A stretch of 64,000 nucleotides of DNA from an uncultured Planctomycetales bacterium. GTDB lineage: Bacteria > Omnitrophota > Gorgyraeia > Zapsychrales > Aceulaceae. Made by a program: the position numbers and the translations under genes. Shown piece after piece: positions 29,505 through 39,418 of this stretch. Below the pieces are notes generated by a model, which saw only the letters and a program-made list of their open reading frames with translations, had not been told where the DNA came from and did not search any database. The stretch is taken from NCBI GenBank assembly GCA_964648665.1, contig CAZYOA010000004.1, positions 52,894 to 116,893 on the forward strand, given 5' to 3'. Position 1 is the first letter of the stretch. Each line of letters begins with the position of its first letter.

Positions 29505-32500
29505 ATGAGCTTTAAAAAGCAATGCCTTAAAACAAAATCGTGTGCAATCTTCTTGATGATCGCGTTTTTAATTATAATTACAGGAAGTATTGTCGTTCCT
29601 AAAATGGCTCAGTATGGTAAAGAAGAAATTGCTCAAGAAGCACAAGCGATTCTTTTTGCTTTAACCAATAGTGTTAATCGTGAAATTGATGAAGTTCATC
29701 GAGTTGCCGTTGCTTTGTCTGGAGATGCTTCATTGAAGAATGCTTTGCAGTCATCTGAATTTGAAGTTTTAATGACAGCAAATAGTGTTCTTGATCGTTA
29801 TGCAGATGCTCTAACAGATACGGTTTGCTATGTTCTTAATACAGAAGGCTTTACAGTTGCATCTTCAAATCATGAAAACATTGATAGTTTTGTGGGAAAA
29901 GACTACAGTTTCCGTCCTTATTTTCAAATGGCAAAGCAAGATGGATATGGTGAATATTTCGCTTATGGTGTAACTTCAAGAAAAAGAGGATTTTATGCAT
30001 CGGCTGTCATTAGAAATGAGTTTAATAGCGTCATAGGAGTCGTTGTTATGAAGCGAGATGTTGATGTTCTTGCTAAGGATTTTTTAGAGTTCCATCCTTG
30101 CTTTTTGATTGATCCTAATGGCATTATTTTTCTTTCAAGCAACCCAAGTTTAGTTTTAAGGTCTTTATGGCCATTAACAGCTGAGCAAGAGAAAGATCTT
30201 ATTGAGAGCAAGCAGTTTGGTGTAGGACCTTTTCAATCTATTCTTTTAGAAAAGATTCAAGTTGACGAAAAAGTTGAATTAGAAAAGAAATCTTTTCTTG
30301 CTTTTCGCCATCCTATTAAAACTAAAGGTTGGTCTTCTCTAATCTTGATGCCATCAAAACGAATAACTTTTTATAAATTCTTCGGAATTATAGTTTTCTT
30401 ATTCCTTATTGTTTTAGTAACCGTGGCTTTTATTATTGTATCTATTGCAAATAGCTCTGCTGAGAAATCGAGAGGGTTTGTAGCTATTGTTGAGTCTTCA
30501 TCAGATGCCATTGTTGGAAAGACGGTTGAAGGAAATATTATAAGCTGGAATAAAGGCGCTGAAAGAATGTATGGGTATTCAGCTAAAGAAATTATAGGAA
30601 AGTCAATTGCAATTTTAGCTAAAGATGATCAAAAACAAGAAATTGTAAATATTTTAAAAAGAATTAAGTTGGGTGAGAGGATTGAAAACTTTGAAACAGA
30701 GCGGATTACTAAAGATGGACGCAAGATTGTCGTATCTTTAAACATTTCGCCTATTCGAGACTCTAAGGGCAATGTTGGGGAGGTGGCAACAATTGCGCGT
30801 GATGTTACTCAAGAGAAAAAAGCTCAAGAAGTTTTAAAAGAAACACAGGAAGCTTTAAAAGAAAAAGCCTGGGGTTTAGAAAAAACAAATGATGCGATTA
30901 AAGCACTTTATTCGGATCTTTCGGATAAGACTCAGAAGCTGGAGGAATCACGAGAAGAGATTGCTGCAGCCAAAGATTCCGCTGAACGAGTTTTTGATCT
31001 TAGCCCGAGTGCAATTTTTACAGTCAATAAAGACAAGATTATTACAAAATGGAATAAAAAAGCAGAAGATACAACAGGATATTCTTCTGAAGAAATTATA
31101 GGTAAAGATTGTTCTATTTTTGCGGATTACCCGTGTAAAGAAATTTGTGGACTTTTTTCTGATCAGATCGAAAAACCAGTTTCGTCTAGAGAATGCCGCA
31201 TTCGAAGAAAAGATGGAGAGTTTAGAACTATTGCAAAGAATGCGGATCTGCTTTACGATTTACATGGAAATGTTTCTGGAGGCATAGAAAGTTTCGAAGA
31301 TATTACAGATCGCAAGAAAGCTCAAGAAAGTCTAGCTGAGAGTGAAGAAAAATATCGTCATTTAGTTCAGAATGCAAATAGTATTATCTTGCGAATCAAT
31401 GATCAAGGAGAAATTACATTTTTCAATGAGTATGCGGAGGAATTTTTCGGATTTACTCAAGAAGAAATTGTTGGAAAACATGTTATTGGAACTGTTTTAC
31501 CTGAGCAGGACGGGGTGGGTCACGATTTAAATGAAGTGGTTTCACGTATCTTGCAAGATCCTAAGAAATATGCGAATAATGAGAATGAAAATATTTGTAA
31601 AGATGGTCGACGAGTTTGGGTTCGATGGTCAAATAAAGTTGTTTTAGATTCAAGAAAAGATGGAGGAAGCGAAATTTTATGCGTGGGAACAGATATCACA
31701 GAGATTAAAGAATTTCAAAATGAACTTATAAAGCTTTCTCGTGCAGTTGAGCAAAGTCCGAGTGTCGTTGTTATTACAGATTTAGAGGGTAATATTGAAT
31801 ATGTAAATCCAAAATTCTGCGAGTTAACGGGATATTCTTTTGAAGAAGCGGCTGGCCAGAATCCTCGAATTTTAAAATCTGGTGACAAGCCTGAAGAATT
31901 TTATAAGGATATGTGGGATACGATTCAATCTGGAAAAGAATGGCGGGGAGAATTTTGCAACAAAAAGAAAAATGGTGAAGAGTATTGGGAGCTTGCTTTG
32001 ATATCGTCAATACGAAATGATCAAGGAGAAGCAACGCATTTCTTGGCTGTTAAAGAAGATGTTACGGCGCGTAAAGCTGCTGAAGATAAAGCTAGAGATG
32101 CTATTCGGCTTAAGAGTGAATTTATTTCTGTTGTTTCTCATGAATTGCGTACTCCTCTGACGGCAATTAAAGAAGGTATTTCTATTGTTGCTGATGGTGT
32201 GACTGGCGAGGTTAATCCTGATCAAGCAGAATTTTTATCTGTTGCGAAGAGAAATGTTGAAAGATTGTCTCGGTTAATTAATGATGTTTTAGATTTCCAG
32301 AAACTCGATGCTCAGCAGATGACATTTGATTTTGAATTACAAAATATTAATTTGTTAGTTCAAGAAGTTGGCAAAACAATGGAGAAGATTGCGCAAAAAG
32401 ATGGATGTGAATTAAAAACAGAATTAGATGAGACCATCCCAGAAATTAATATGGATCATGATCGTGTTACTCAAGTTGTAACAAATTTAGTTAATAATGC

Positions 32501-32813
32501 GATTAAATATGCGGCGGGTAAGCCGATAACGATTAAAACATCACATCAAGGCAATACTATCCAAGTTTCTGTTATTGATCAAGGTGAAGGCATTAAAGAA
32601 GATGATTTTGAGAAGCTTTTTCAAACATTTAGCCAATTGAAAAAAGGTAAAGAAAGAAAAACAGGAAGCACGGGACTTGGTCTTGCGATTTCAAAGAAAA
32701 TTGTCGAAAGCCATGGTGGAAAGATTTGGGTTGAGTCTGAATATGGAAAGGGAAGTTCTTTTTCTTTTCTTATTCCTGTTGAAGAGAGAAGAAAGAGTGA
32801 AAGCGAGACATAA
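29505..32813 (+). CDS. Membrane sensor histidine kinase (Cache-like sensor, four PAS domains, HisKA-HATPase)
   Basis: DYSFRPYF sensor motif, four PAS/PAC repeats, [25 protein letters not shown]. Confidence 0.95.
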   Translation: MSFKKQCLKTKSCAIFLMIAFLIIITGSIVVPKMAQYGKEEIAQEAQAILFALTNSVNREIDEVHRVAVALSGDASLKNALQSSEFEVLMTANSVLDRYADALTDTVCYVLNTEGFTVASSNHENIDSFVGKDYSFRPYFQMAKQDGYGEYFAYGVTSRKRGFYASAVIRNEFNSVIGVVVMKRDVDVLAKDFLEFHPCFLIDPNGIIFLSSNPSLVLRSLWPLTAEQEKDLIESKQFGVGPFQSILLEKIQVDEKVELEKKSFLAFRHPIKTKGWSSLILMPSKRITFYKFFGIIVFLFLIVLVTVAFIIVSIANSSAEKSRGFVAIVESSSDAIVGKTVEGNIISWNKGAERMYGYSAKEIIGKSIAILAKDDQKQEIVNILKRIKLGERIENFETERITKDGRKIVVSLNISPIRDSKGNVGEVATIARDVTQEKKAQEVLKETQEALKEKAWGLEKTNDAIKALYSDLSDKTQKLEESREEIAAAKDSAERVFDLSPSAIFTVNKDKIITKWNKKAEDTTGYSSEEIIGKDCSIFADYPCKEICGLFSDQIEKPVSSRECRIRRKDGEFRTIAKNADLLYDLHGNVSGGIESFEDITDRKKAQESLAESEEKYRHLVQNANSIILRINDQGEITFFNEYAEEFFGFTQEEIVGKHVIGTVLPEQDGVGHDLNEVVSRILQDPKKYANNENENICKDGRRVWVRWSNKVVLDSRKDGGSEILCVGTDITEIKEFQNELIKLSRAVEQSPSVVVITDLEGNIEYVNPKFCELTGYSFEEAAGQNPRILKSGDKPEEFYKDMWDTIQSGKEWRGEFCNKKKNGEEYWELALISSIRNDQGEATHFLAVKEDVTARKAAEDKARDAIRLKSEFISVVSHELRTPLTAIKEGISIVADGVTGEVNPDQAEFLSVAKRNVERLSRLINDVLDFQKLDAQQMTFDFELQNINLLVQEVGKTMEKIAQKDGCELKTELDETIPEINMDHDRVTQVVTNLVNNAIKYAAGKPITIKTSHQGNTIQVSVIDQGEGIKEDDFEKLFQTFSQLKKGKERKTGSTGLGLAISKKIVESHGGKIWVESEYGKGSSFSFLIPVEERRKSESET

Positions 32814-32824
32814 AGGAGAGGGTT

Positions 32825-33193
32825 ATGGCAAAGAAAATTTTAGTTGTTGATGATGAGCCGGATATATTAAAAGTTGTTATTTTTCGTCTTCAAAAAGAGG
32901 GGTACGAGGTCAAAACAGCTATTGATGGGCAGATGGCGATAGATATGCTCTCTGAAGAAAGGCCTGATATGGTTCTTTTAGATATTACGCTTCCGCTTCT
33001 TAATGGATTTGAAGTGTGCAAGAGAATAAAATCAGATGAAAATCTTAAAGATATTCCGGTTATGTTTTTAACAGCATCAACAGCGTCTGAAGGATTTAAA
33101 GAAAGAGCTGAGAGTGTTGGCTCCCAAGGCTACATGTTTAAACCATTTGATTATGAGTTATTATTAGAAAAAGTAAAAAAATTAATAAATTAG
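32825..33193 (+). CDS. Single-domain response regulator
   Basis: VDDE, LLDITLP, LTA, KPF. Confidence 0.9.
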   Translation: MAKKILVVDDEPDILKVVIFRLQKEGYEVKTAIDGQMAIDMLSEERPDMVLLDITLPLLNGFEVCKRIKSDENLKDIPVMFLTASTASEGFKERAESVGSQGYMFKPFDYELLLEKVKKLIN

Positions 33194-33202
33194 GAGAATA
33201 AG

Positions 33203-33562
33203 ATGGAAAAGAAAATTTTAGTTGTTGAGGATGAGCTAGATATTCAAAAAATTTTAAAAGCTAATTTAGAAGCAGCTGGGTATGTAACGTTTGTTGCAGA
33301 TAATGCTAAGCAAGGACTAGAGCTTATTAAAAAAGAGCAGCCGGTAGCGGTTATTCTTGATGTCATGCTTCCAGATGAAAACGGTTTTGATGTTTGTCGA
33401 AAAATTAAGAATGACAATGATGAAATAAAGGTATTAATTTACACCGGAAAGCTTGAAGCTGTTGATGCTAGACGAGCTAGAGAAGCAGGGGCAGACGATT
33501 TTACGGTTAAAACAGTTGATTTTAAATATATCTTAGAATCGATTGAGAAATTAACTTCATAA
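33203..33562 (+). CDS. Single-domain response regulator
   Basis: VEDE, ILDVMLP, YTG, GADDFTVKT. Confidence 0.88.
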   Translation: MEKKILVVEDELDIQKILKANLEAAGYVTFVADNAKQGLELIKKEQPVAVILDVMLPDENGFDVCRKIKNDNDEIKVLIYTGKLEAVDARRAREAGADDFTVKTVDFKYILESIEKLTS

Positions 33563-33580
33563 GAAACGTTATATTTTAAG

Positions 33581-33623
33581 AATGACCTCTGTTTTTTTTG
33601 AAAAGCAGGGGTTATTTATTTTT
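33581..33623 (+). terminator. Intrinsic terminator closing the chemosensory operon
   Basis: AATGACCTCTGTTTTT / AAAAGCAGGGGTTATT stem followed by TATTTTT. Confidence 0.7.
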
Positions 33624-33632
33624 AGGTCAAAA

Positions 33633-34175
33633 ATGTTTAAAATGCGCATATATCTGTACTTAATTCTTTTGGTTCTTCCGTTATTAATAGGGTGTGATTT
33701 TATTTATGGGATTATTCAAAAGCAAGCAGCACATGAAAAGGCGTTGATTGGCGAGATTGTTCCTTTTGTGCAGAATGAAAAAGTTGAAGAAATTCAAAAA
33801 CTTTTGAAGGTTAATGGTTGTTCCCCTGGAAAAATTGATGGAAAAATGGGTCAAAAAGTGAGAGAAGCGATTGCTAGTTTTCAGGAGGATCGCGGACTAG
33901 ACGTTAATCGGTATATTGACAAGCCGACTTGGGAAGAATTAAATTTATATACAGATTTAGGGCTTGTTTTTGATGGAGAAATTGATATTGCTTTTATTCA
34001 GCAAATTCTTACGAGAGAGGGATTTGATCCTGGCAAGATAGATGGAAAGCTTGGATCTAAAACAATTGAAGCTATTAAGAGGTTTCAAGATCAGAATGGT
34101 TTAAAGCCAGATGGAAGAATAGGGCCAAATACGTTGTCTATCTTTGTTGACTATATCATGACTTCAGAGTACTAG
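33633..34175 (+). CDS. Lipoprotein with two peptidoglycan-binding domains
   Basis: Lipobox LIGC; two Q..L...G..PGKIDGK.G....AI..FQ...GL repeats. Start moved downstream of the terminator (33633 or 33642). Confidence 0.8.
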   Translation: MFKMRIYLYLILLVLPLLIGCDFIYGIIQKQAAHEKALIGEIVPFVQNEKVEEIQKLLKVNGCSPGKIDGKMGQKVREAIASFQEDRGLDVNRYIDKPTWEELNLYTDLGLVFDGEIDIAFIQQILTREGFDPGKIDGKLGSKTIEAIKRFQDQNGLKPDGRIGPNTLSIFVDYIMTSEY

Positions 34176-34197
34176 GTGGCTTATTTCCGAGAATAGC

Positions 34198-34226
34198 TTG
34201 CCAATAGACGACAAATCACGTATAAT
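34198..34226 (+). promoter_or_regulatory. Sigma70 promoter
   Basis: TTGCCA-17 bp-TATAAT. Confidence 0.75.
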
Positions 34227-34303
34227 ATTTAATGCAAATCTTACCTATTGATTTATAGTCATAAGCGTTAGAAAAATAAAGGTTTATAAAAAAGGAATGC
34301 ATA

Positions 34304-35062
34304 ATGAAGAGCTATGATGCAGTTATTTTTGATTTAGATGGTGTTATTACAAAAACAGCGTTAGTTCATGCCGCTTCTTGGAAAGAAATGTTTGATGGAT
34401 ATCTTAAAGCTAGAGAGCTTCGAGATGGTGAGCCGTTCAAGGAATTTACTCATGAAAAAGACTATCTTCCTTTTGTTGATGGTAAGCCTAGATATAAAGG
34501 TGTTCAAAGTTTTTTAGAATCCCGTAATATTGACATTCCTTTTGGTGATCCTTCAGATTTACCTGATAGTGAAACCGTTTGTGGACTTGGAAATAAGAAA
34601 AATGTAAAGTTTCAAGCTATTTTAGAGCAAAAAGGAGCTGAAGTTTTTGAGCCAGCCGTTGCATTAATTAAAGATTTAAAAGCTAATGGTGTTCATGTTG
34701 CTGTGGCGTCTTCTAGCAAGAATTGCCAGCTTATTTTACAAAAAACTGGATTAGAAGAGCTTTTTGAAAGTAGAGTTGATGGCGTTGTTTCTGCAGAGCT
34801 TGGGCTTAAGGGCAAGCCGGAAGGGGATATTTTTGTAACGGCTTGTAAAAATATTGGATGTATGCCTCAAAGAGGTGTTGTTGTTGAAGATGCTGTTTCG
34901 GGAGTTCAAGCTGGAAAAAATGGAGATTTTGCTCTTGTTTTGGGTGTGGCTCGTGAAGGAAACGAGCAAGAGCTTAAAAGTAACGGGGCAGATGTTGTTG
35001 TTGCTAATTTCAAAGAAGTTAACGCGCAAAGGATTGATCAATGGCTTCAGGAAAAAAGTTAA
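34304..35062 (+). CDS. Beta-phosphoglucomutase-family HAD enzyme
   Basis: FDLDGVIT, VDGKPRY.GV, SSSKN, GKP, VEDAVSGV. Confidence 0.9.
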   Translation: MKSYDAVIFDLDGVITKTALVHAASWKEMFDGYLKARELRDGEPFKEFTHEKDYLPFVDGKPRYKGVQSFLESRNIDIPFGDPSDLPDSETVCGLGNKKNVKFQAILEQKGAEVFEPAVALIKDLKANGVHVAVASSSKNCQLILQKTGLEELFESRVDGVVSAELGLKGKPEGDIFVTACKNIGCMPQRGVVVEDAVSGVQAGKNGDFALVLGVAREGNEQELKSNGADVVVANFKEVNAQRIDQWLQEKS

Positions 35063-35835
35063 AGAATTTCTTTGAATATTTAGATGAAATAAAAGGCCGA
35101 TTAAATGGAAAAACATTAGTTGTTTTTCTGGATTATGATGGAACGCTTACGCCTATTGTTGCAACGCCAGATTTAGCAATTATTTCTGATGAAATGCGTT
35201 CAACGGTTGAAAATCTTTCTCAAAAAATAAAAGTAGCGATTGTTTCAGGAAGAGCAACTGATGATGTTCGCTCAAAGGTGAAGATTTCAGGTATTTTTTA
35301 TGCTGGAAGTCATGGTTTTGAAATTAATTATCCATCGGGCGAGGTCAAAATTAATGATGAAGCGCAGCAGATCCGTCCTATTGTTGATGAAATTCAATTG
35401 AAATTGACTGAACGCGTTAAGCATATTGAAGGCGCTTTAATTGAAAATGTTAAATATACGGTATCTTGCCATTATCGACTTGTTAAGGATGAAGATTTTG
35501 AAGAATTTGAAAAAGAAGTTGATAGTGTTTTGTTGGAATATCCGCAGCTTCGAAAAACAAACGGAAAAAAAGTTTTTGAAATTCGTCCAAAGATAGATTG
35601 GCATAAAGGAAAAGCTGTTAATTGGATTATGAATATTTTTGGACAAGAAGTTCAGAATATTTTGCCGGTTTATATTGGCGATGACACAACAGACGAAGAT
35701 GCTTTTAAAGCATTAAAAGAAAAGGGATTCGGTGTCTTGGTCGCGACAGCTGATAGAGAAACTGAAGCCGAATATATTGTTAAAGACACAGAGGAAGTCA
35801 AAAAAGTTTTACAAACTTTTATTGATCTTAATTGA
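35041..35835 (+). CDS. otsB: Trehalose-6-phosphate phosphatase
   Basis: FLDYDGTLTP, VSGR, YAGSHG, EIRP...HKG.A, YIGDDTTDEDAF. Confidence 0.92.
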   Translation: MASGKKLKNFFEYLDEIKGRLNGKTLVVFLDYDGTLTPIVATPDLAIISDEMRSTVENLSQKIKVAIVSGRATDDVRSKVKISGIFYAGSHGFEINYPSGEVKINDEAQQIRPIVDEIQLKLTERVKHIEGALIENVKYTVSCHYRLVKDEDFEEFEKEVDSVLLEYPQLRKTNGKKVFEIRPKIDWHKGKAVNWIMNIFGQEVQNILPVYIGDDTTDEDAFKALKEKGFGVLVATADRETEAEYIVKDTEEVKKVLQTFIDLN

Positions 35836-35837
35836 TA

Positions 35838-38276
35838 ATGAATACTTGGAAACTTGTATATGATCGATTTGTTCCAGAAGAAGAATCTCTAAGAGAATCT
35901 CTTTGTACTCTTGGAAATGGATATTTTGGAACGCGGGGTGCTGCTCCAGAAACATCAGTCACGAAGGTGCATTATCCAGGTACGTATATCGCTGGTGTTT
36001 ATAATGAACTGATTACAGATGTTGCAGGGCGAAAAGTTGCAAATGAAGATTTTGTTAATTGTCCTAATTGGCTAATGCTTAATTTTTGCATAGAGAATGG
36101 TCCGTGGTTTGATCGTCTGAAGGTAAAAATTCTTTCTTGGAAAATGACTCTCAATATGCGAAAAGGTGTTTTATCGAGACGTGTTCGATGGCAAGATGAA
36201 AAAGGACGGATTACTGTTATGGACAATCACCGCATTGTGAGCATGGCCAACCCTCATTGTGCTGCGCTCAAGTGTACAATAACTCCAGAAAATTATAGTG
36301 GAAAAATAACATTTCGAAGTGGAATTGATGGACAAATCATTAACGCTGGAGTTGAACGGTATAAGCAGCTTAATTCAAAACATCTTGAACCAAAAGCTTT
36401 AGGATGTTTTGGACAAGATGGACTTTTCTTACAGATGCAGACTAATCAATCAAAGATTGAAATCACTCAAGCTGTTCGAACGCTTGTATTTTCTGATAAC
36501 CAAAGAATCTATCCGAAGATGCGTGTATTGACGCATGGGCGGGAACGCACAGTTAAAGAGTTTTCTGTCGATGTTGAAAAAGGAAAACGGTATGTTGTCG
36601 ATAAAGTGATGGGTCTTTATACCTCTCGCGATCAAGGTGTTGTTGATACTTGTGCAGCTGCGCAGGAAAGCGTTTCGACAATAGAAAGCTTCGATAGTCT
36701 TTATAAGCCTCATGCGGCACGTTGGCGTGCTTTATGGAAAAAGTTTGATATTGAAATTAGCGGTGATGATTTTAGTCAGCGTGCTCTTCGTTTGCATGCA
36801 TTTCATTCTCTTCAGGTTGCTTCAACATATAATGAAGAAATTGATGCGGGACTTCCAGCTCGGGGTCTTCATGGTGAGGCTTATCGAGGCCATATTTTTT
36901 GGGATGAACTCTATGTTTATCCTTTTTATACGTTAAAAGCACCTGAAATTACACGTGCTCTTTTGATGTATCGCTATCGTCGTTTATCTGCGGCAAAAGA
37001 ATATGCAAGAGAAAGTGGATACAGAGGGGCAATGTATCCTTGGCAAAGTGCTTCAGCAGGAAACGAAACAACGCAGGTTGTTCATTTAAATCCGATGTCA
37101 GGTAAGTGGGGACCGGATCATAGCTGTCTTCAAAGACATGTTTCAATTGCGATTGCGTACAATGTTTGGACATATTATTACACTTCAGGGGATAGCGATT
37201 TTCTTGCACGATATGGAGCAGAAATGATTTTAGAAATTTCTCATTTCTGGTCAAGTGCTACAAAATTTGATGAAGAAACTAAGAGATATTATATTGAAGG
37301 TGTAATGGGGCCAGATGAATTTCATGAAAAGCTTCCAGGGTCAGAGAAATCAGGTGTTAAAAATAATGCGTATACAAATATTTTGGTTGTTTGGATCTTA
37401 GAAAAAGCTTTATTTTTGCTTGATTCCATGAGCGAGGAAGAAAGACAGGCTTTGCTTTTAAAAATCGAAGTTTCTGGCGAAGAAGTTGATCGTTGGCGAG
37501 ATATCACAACAAAAATGACAATCCTGATGAGCAAAGACGGCATCATTCATCAGTTTGAAGGATATATGGATCTTAAAGAATTAGATTGGGACGAGTATCG
37601 TGCTAAATATGACAATATTCATCGCATTGATCGCATTCTAAAAGCAGAAGGATCTTCTCCTGATAATTATAAGGTTGCTAAGCAGGCGGATACTTTGATG
37701 ACATTTTATCTTTTAAATGACGAAGAGGTTCGTTCAATTTTTAAAAAGTTAGGATATCCCGTCTCTAAAGATATGTTTAGAAAAAATTATGATTATTATT
37801 CTAAACGTACATCGCATGGCTCAACATTGAGTCGTGTTGTTCATGCTTATTTAGCCGAGCGCGTTGATTATGAAGATTTAGCTATGGAACATTTTCAAGC
37901 TGCTCTTAAAAGTGATATTTATGATACTCAAGGAGGCACAACGCAAGAAGGTATTCATTGTGGTGTTATGGCCGGCACCATTGATTTAGTAATGCGTTGT
38001 TTTGCGGGATTAGGCATTCAAGATAATCAAATTTCGCTTAATCCAAAACTTCCAGAAAAATGGACTAAAATGAAGTTTTCTGTTCGCTATAGAGATATTT
38101 GGTTTAATATTGAAATTACAACAGAAAAAGTTATTGTTAAAGCAGAGCCTTTAAATAAGATTGCTTTACAGCGTCCAACAGAAATGTTTATTTCAATTAA
38201 TAATAATCGGTACAAAGTTACACCGAATGAAAAAACGGTCATTTCTCTAAATAAATGGCTTCCAATCAAATTTTAA
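35838..38276 (+). CDS. Glycoside hydrolase family 65 phosphorylase (trehalose-6-phosphate/trehalose phosphorylase-like)
   Basis: LGNGY.GTRG, ARGLHGEAYRGHIFWDE, GPDEFH, KQAD, HGSTLS. Confidence 0.92.
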   Translation: MNTWKLVYDRFVPEEESLRESLCTLGNGYFGTRGAAPETSVTKVHYPGTYIAGVYNELITDVAGRKVANEDFVNCPNWLMLNFCIENGPWFDRLKVKILSWKMTLNMRKGVLSRRVRWQDEKGRITVMDNHRIVSMANPHCAALKCTITPENYSGKITFRSGIDGQIINAGVERYKQLNSKHLEPKALGCFGQDGLFLQMQTNQSKIEITQAVRTLVFSDNQRIYPKMRVLTHGRERTVKEFSVDVEKGKRYVVDKVMGLYTSRDQGVVDTCAAAQESVSTIESFDSLYKPHAARWRALWKKFDIEISGDDFSQRALRLHAFHSLQVASTYNEEIDAGLPARGLHGEAYRGHIFWDELYVYPFYTLKAPEITRALLMYRYRRLSAAKEYARESGYRGAMYPWQSASAGNETTQVVHLNPMSGKWGPDHSCLQRHVSIAIAYNVWTYYYTSGDSDFLARYGAEMILEISHFWSSATKFDEETKRYYIEGVMGPDEFHEKLPGSEKSGVKNNAYTNILVVWILEKALFLLDSMSEEERQALLLKIEVSGEEVDRWRDITTKMTILMSKDGIIHQFEGYMDLKELDWDEYRAKYDNIHRIDRILKAEGSSPDNYKVAKQADTLMTFYLLNDEEVRSIFKKLGYPVSKDMFRKNYDYYSKRTSHGSTLSRVVHAYLAERVDYEDLAMEHFQAALKSDIYDTQGGTTQEGIHCGVMAGTIDLVMRCFAGLGIQDNQISLNPKLPEKWTKMKFSVRYRDIWFNIEITTEKVIVKAEPLNKIALQRPTEMFISINNNRYKVTPNEKTVISLNKWLPIKF

Positions 38277-39418
38277 ACCCCATTTATATTGTCGACGGTA
38301 TTCGTACTCCAGTCGGAAGTACGTTCAAAAGCCTTAAATCTTTTTCTGCGGCAGAGCTTGCCAGTTTTGTTATCGACGAGATGTGTTGTCGCTATTCAAA
38401 TATAAAAAAAGAAGTTGATCAGGTTATTTTGGGTCATACAGTTTCAGCGGGCACAGGCCAAAGTATGGCGCGACATGCTGTTTCTTTGTCTGAGCTAGAT
38501 ATTGAAACACCTGCTTTTTCTGTTAATAGCGTCTGCGGCTCTGGCTTACAATCTGTTATTTTAGGTGCTCAAGCGATATTAAGTAATCAAGCAAATTTAA
38601 TTCTAGCTGGTGGTTCAGAGAGCGCATCTCATAATCCTCAAATCATAAAAAGAGGAAACGATTCTGTTGAAAGTCTTCTTGTTGATGGTTTGTCTTGTGT
38701 GATGTCTGATGCTCACATGGGAGAGCTTGCAGAAAATTTAGCAAAAGAGTTTAAGATTTCACGAGAAGAGCAAGATAAGCTTTCTTTTGAAAGTCATCAA
38801 AAAGCTTACAAAGCTCAAGAACAAGGAAAATTTGATAAAGAAATTGTTTCGGTTAAAAAAGATAATGGTGAACTTTTTTCGCGAGATGAGCGCGTACGAA
38901 AGAATATAAGTTTTGAAAGACTGCAGATGCTTCCAAGTTCGTTTGAAGAAAACGGAAGCATCACGCCTGGCAACGCTTCTTCGCCGGCAGATGCGGCTGG
39001 AATTGTTTTATTGGCGAATGATCAAGCTATTAAGAAATACAACTTTAAGCCTAAGGCGAAAATTCTAGGTTACGCAACCGTGGCGCTTGATCCTAAGCAA
39101 TCTTTTTTAGGGGCTATAAAAGCTACCGAGAAATGTCTTAAGAAAAGTAATCTTAAAAAAGAAGAAATTGATCTTTTTGAAATAGGAGAATCATTTGCTT
39201 CTCAAGCTGTTTTGACAAAAAAAGAATTGAATATTGAAGATAAGAAATTCAATATCTTTGGAGGAGATATTGCGATCGGTCATCCTTTAGGGTCAACGGC
39301 GACGAGAATTTTGATAACTCTTTTACATGCTCTTGAAGATCAAAATAAGAAAATTGGCTTGATGAGTATTTGTTTTGGTAGTGGCGGAGGGATTGCCATG
39401 GCTATTGAGCGATTATAA
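38255..39418 (+). CDS. Thiolase-family protein (atypical motifs)
   Basis: RTPVG, NSVCGSG, GHPLG, SICFGSGGG; the NEAF motif reads GESF. Confidence 0.88.
   Translation: MASNQILNPIYIVDGIRTPVGSTFKSLKSFSAAELASFVIDEMCCRYSNIKKEVDQVILGHTVSAGTGQSMARHAVSLSELDIETPAFSVNSVCGSGLQSVILGAQAILSNQANLILAGGSESASHNPQIIKRGNDSVESLLVDGLSCVMSDAHMGELAENLAKEFKISREEQDKLSFESHQKAYKAQEQGKFDKEIVSVKKDNGELFSRDERVRKNISFERLQMLPSSFEENGSITPGNASSPADAAGIVLLANDQAIKKYNFKPKAKILGYATVALDPKQSFLGAIKATEKCLKKSNLKKEEIDLFEIGESFASQAVLTKKELNIEDKKFNIFGGDIAIGHPLGSTATRILITLLHALEDQNKKIGLMSICFGSGGGIAMAIERL

Noticed and set aside
33582-33632. ORF-track start at 33582 for the peptidoglycan-binding protein
   Set aside because: Lies in a terminator hairpin; the lipoprotein signal peptide begins at 33633 or 33642.
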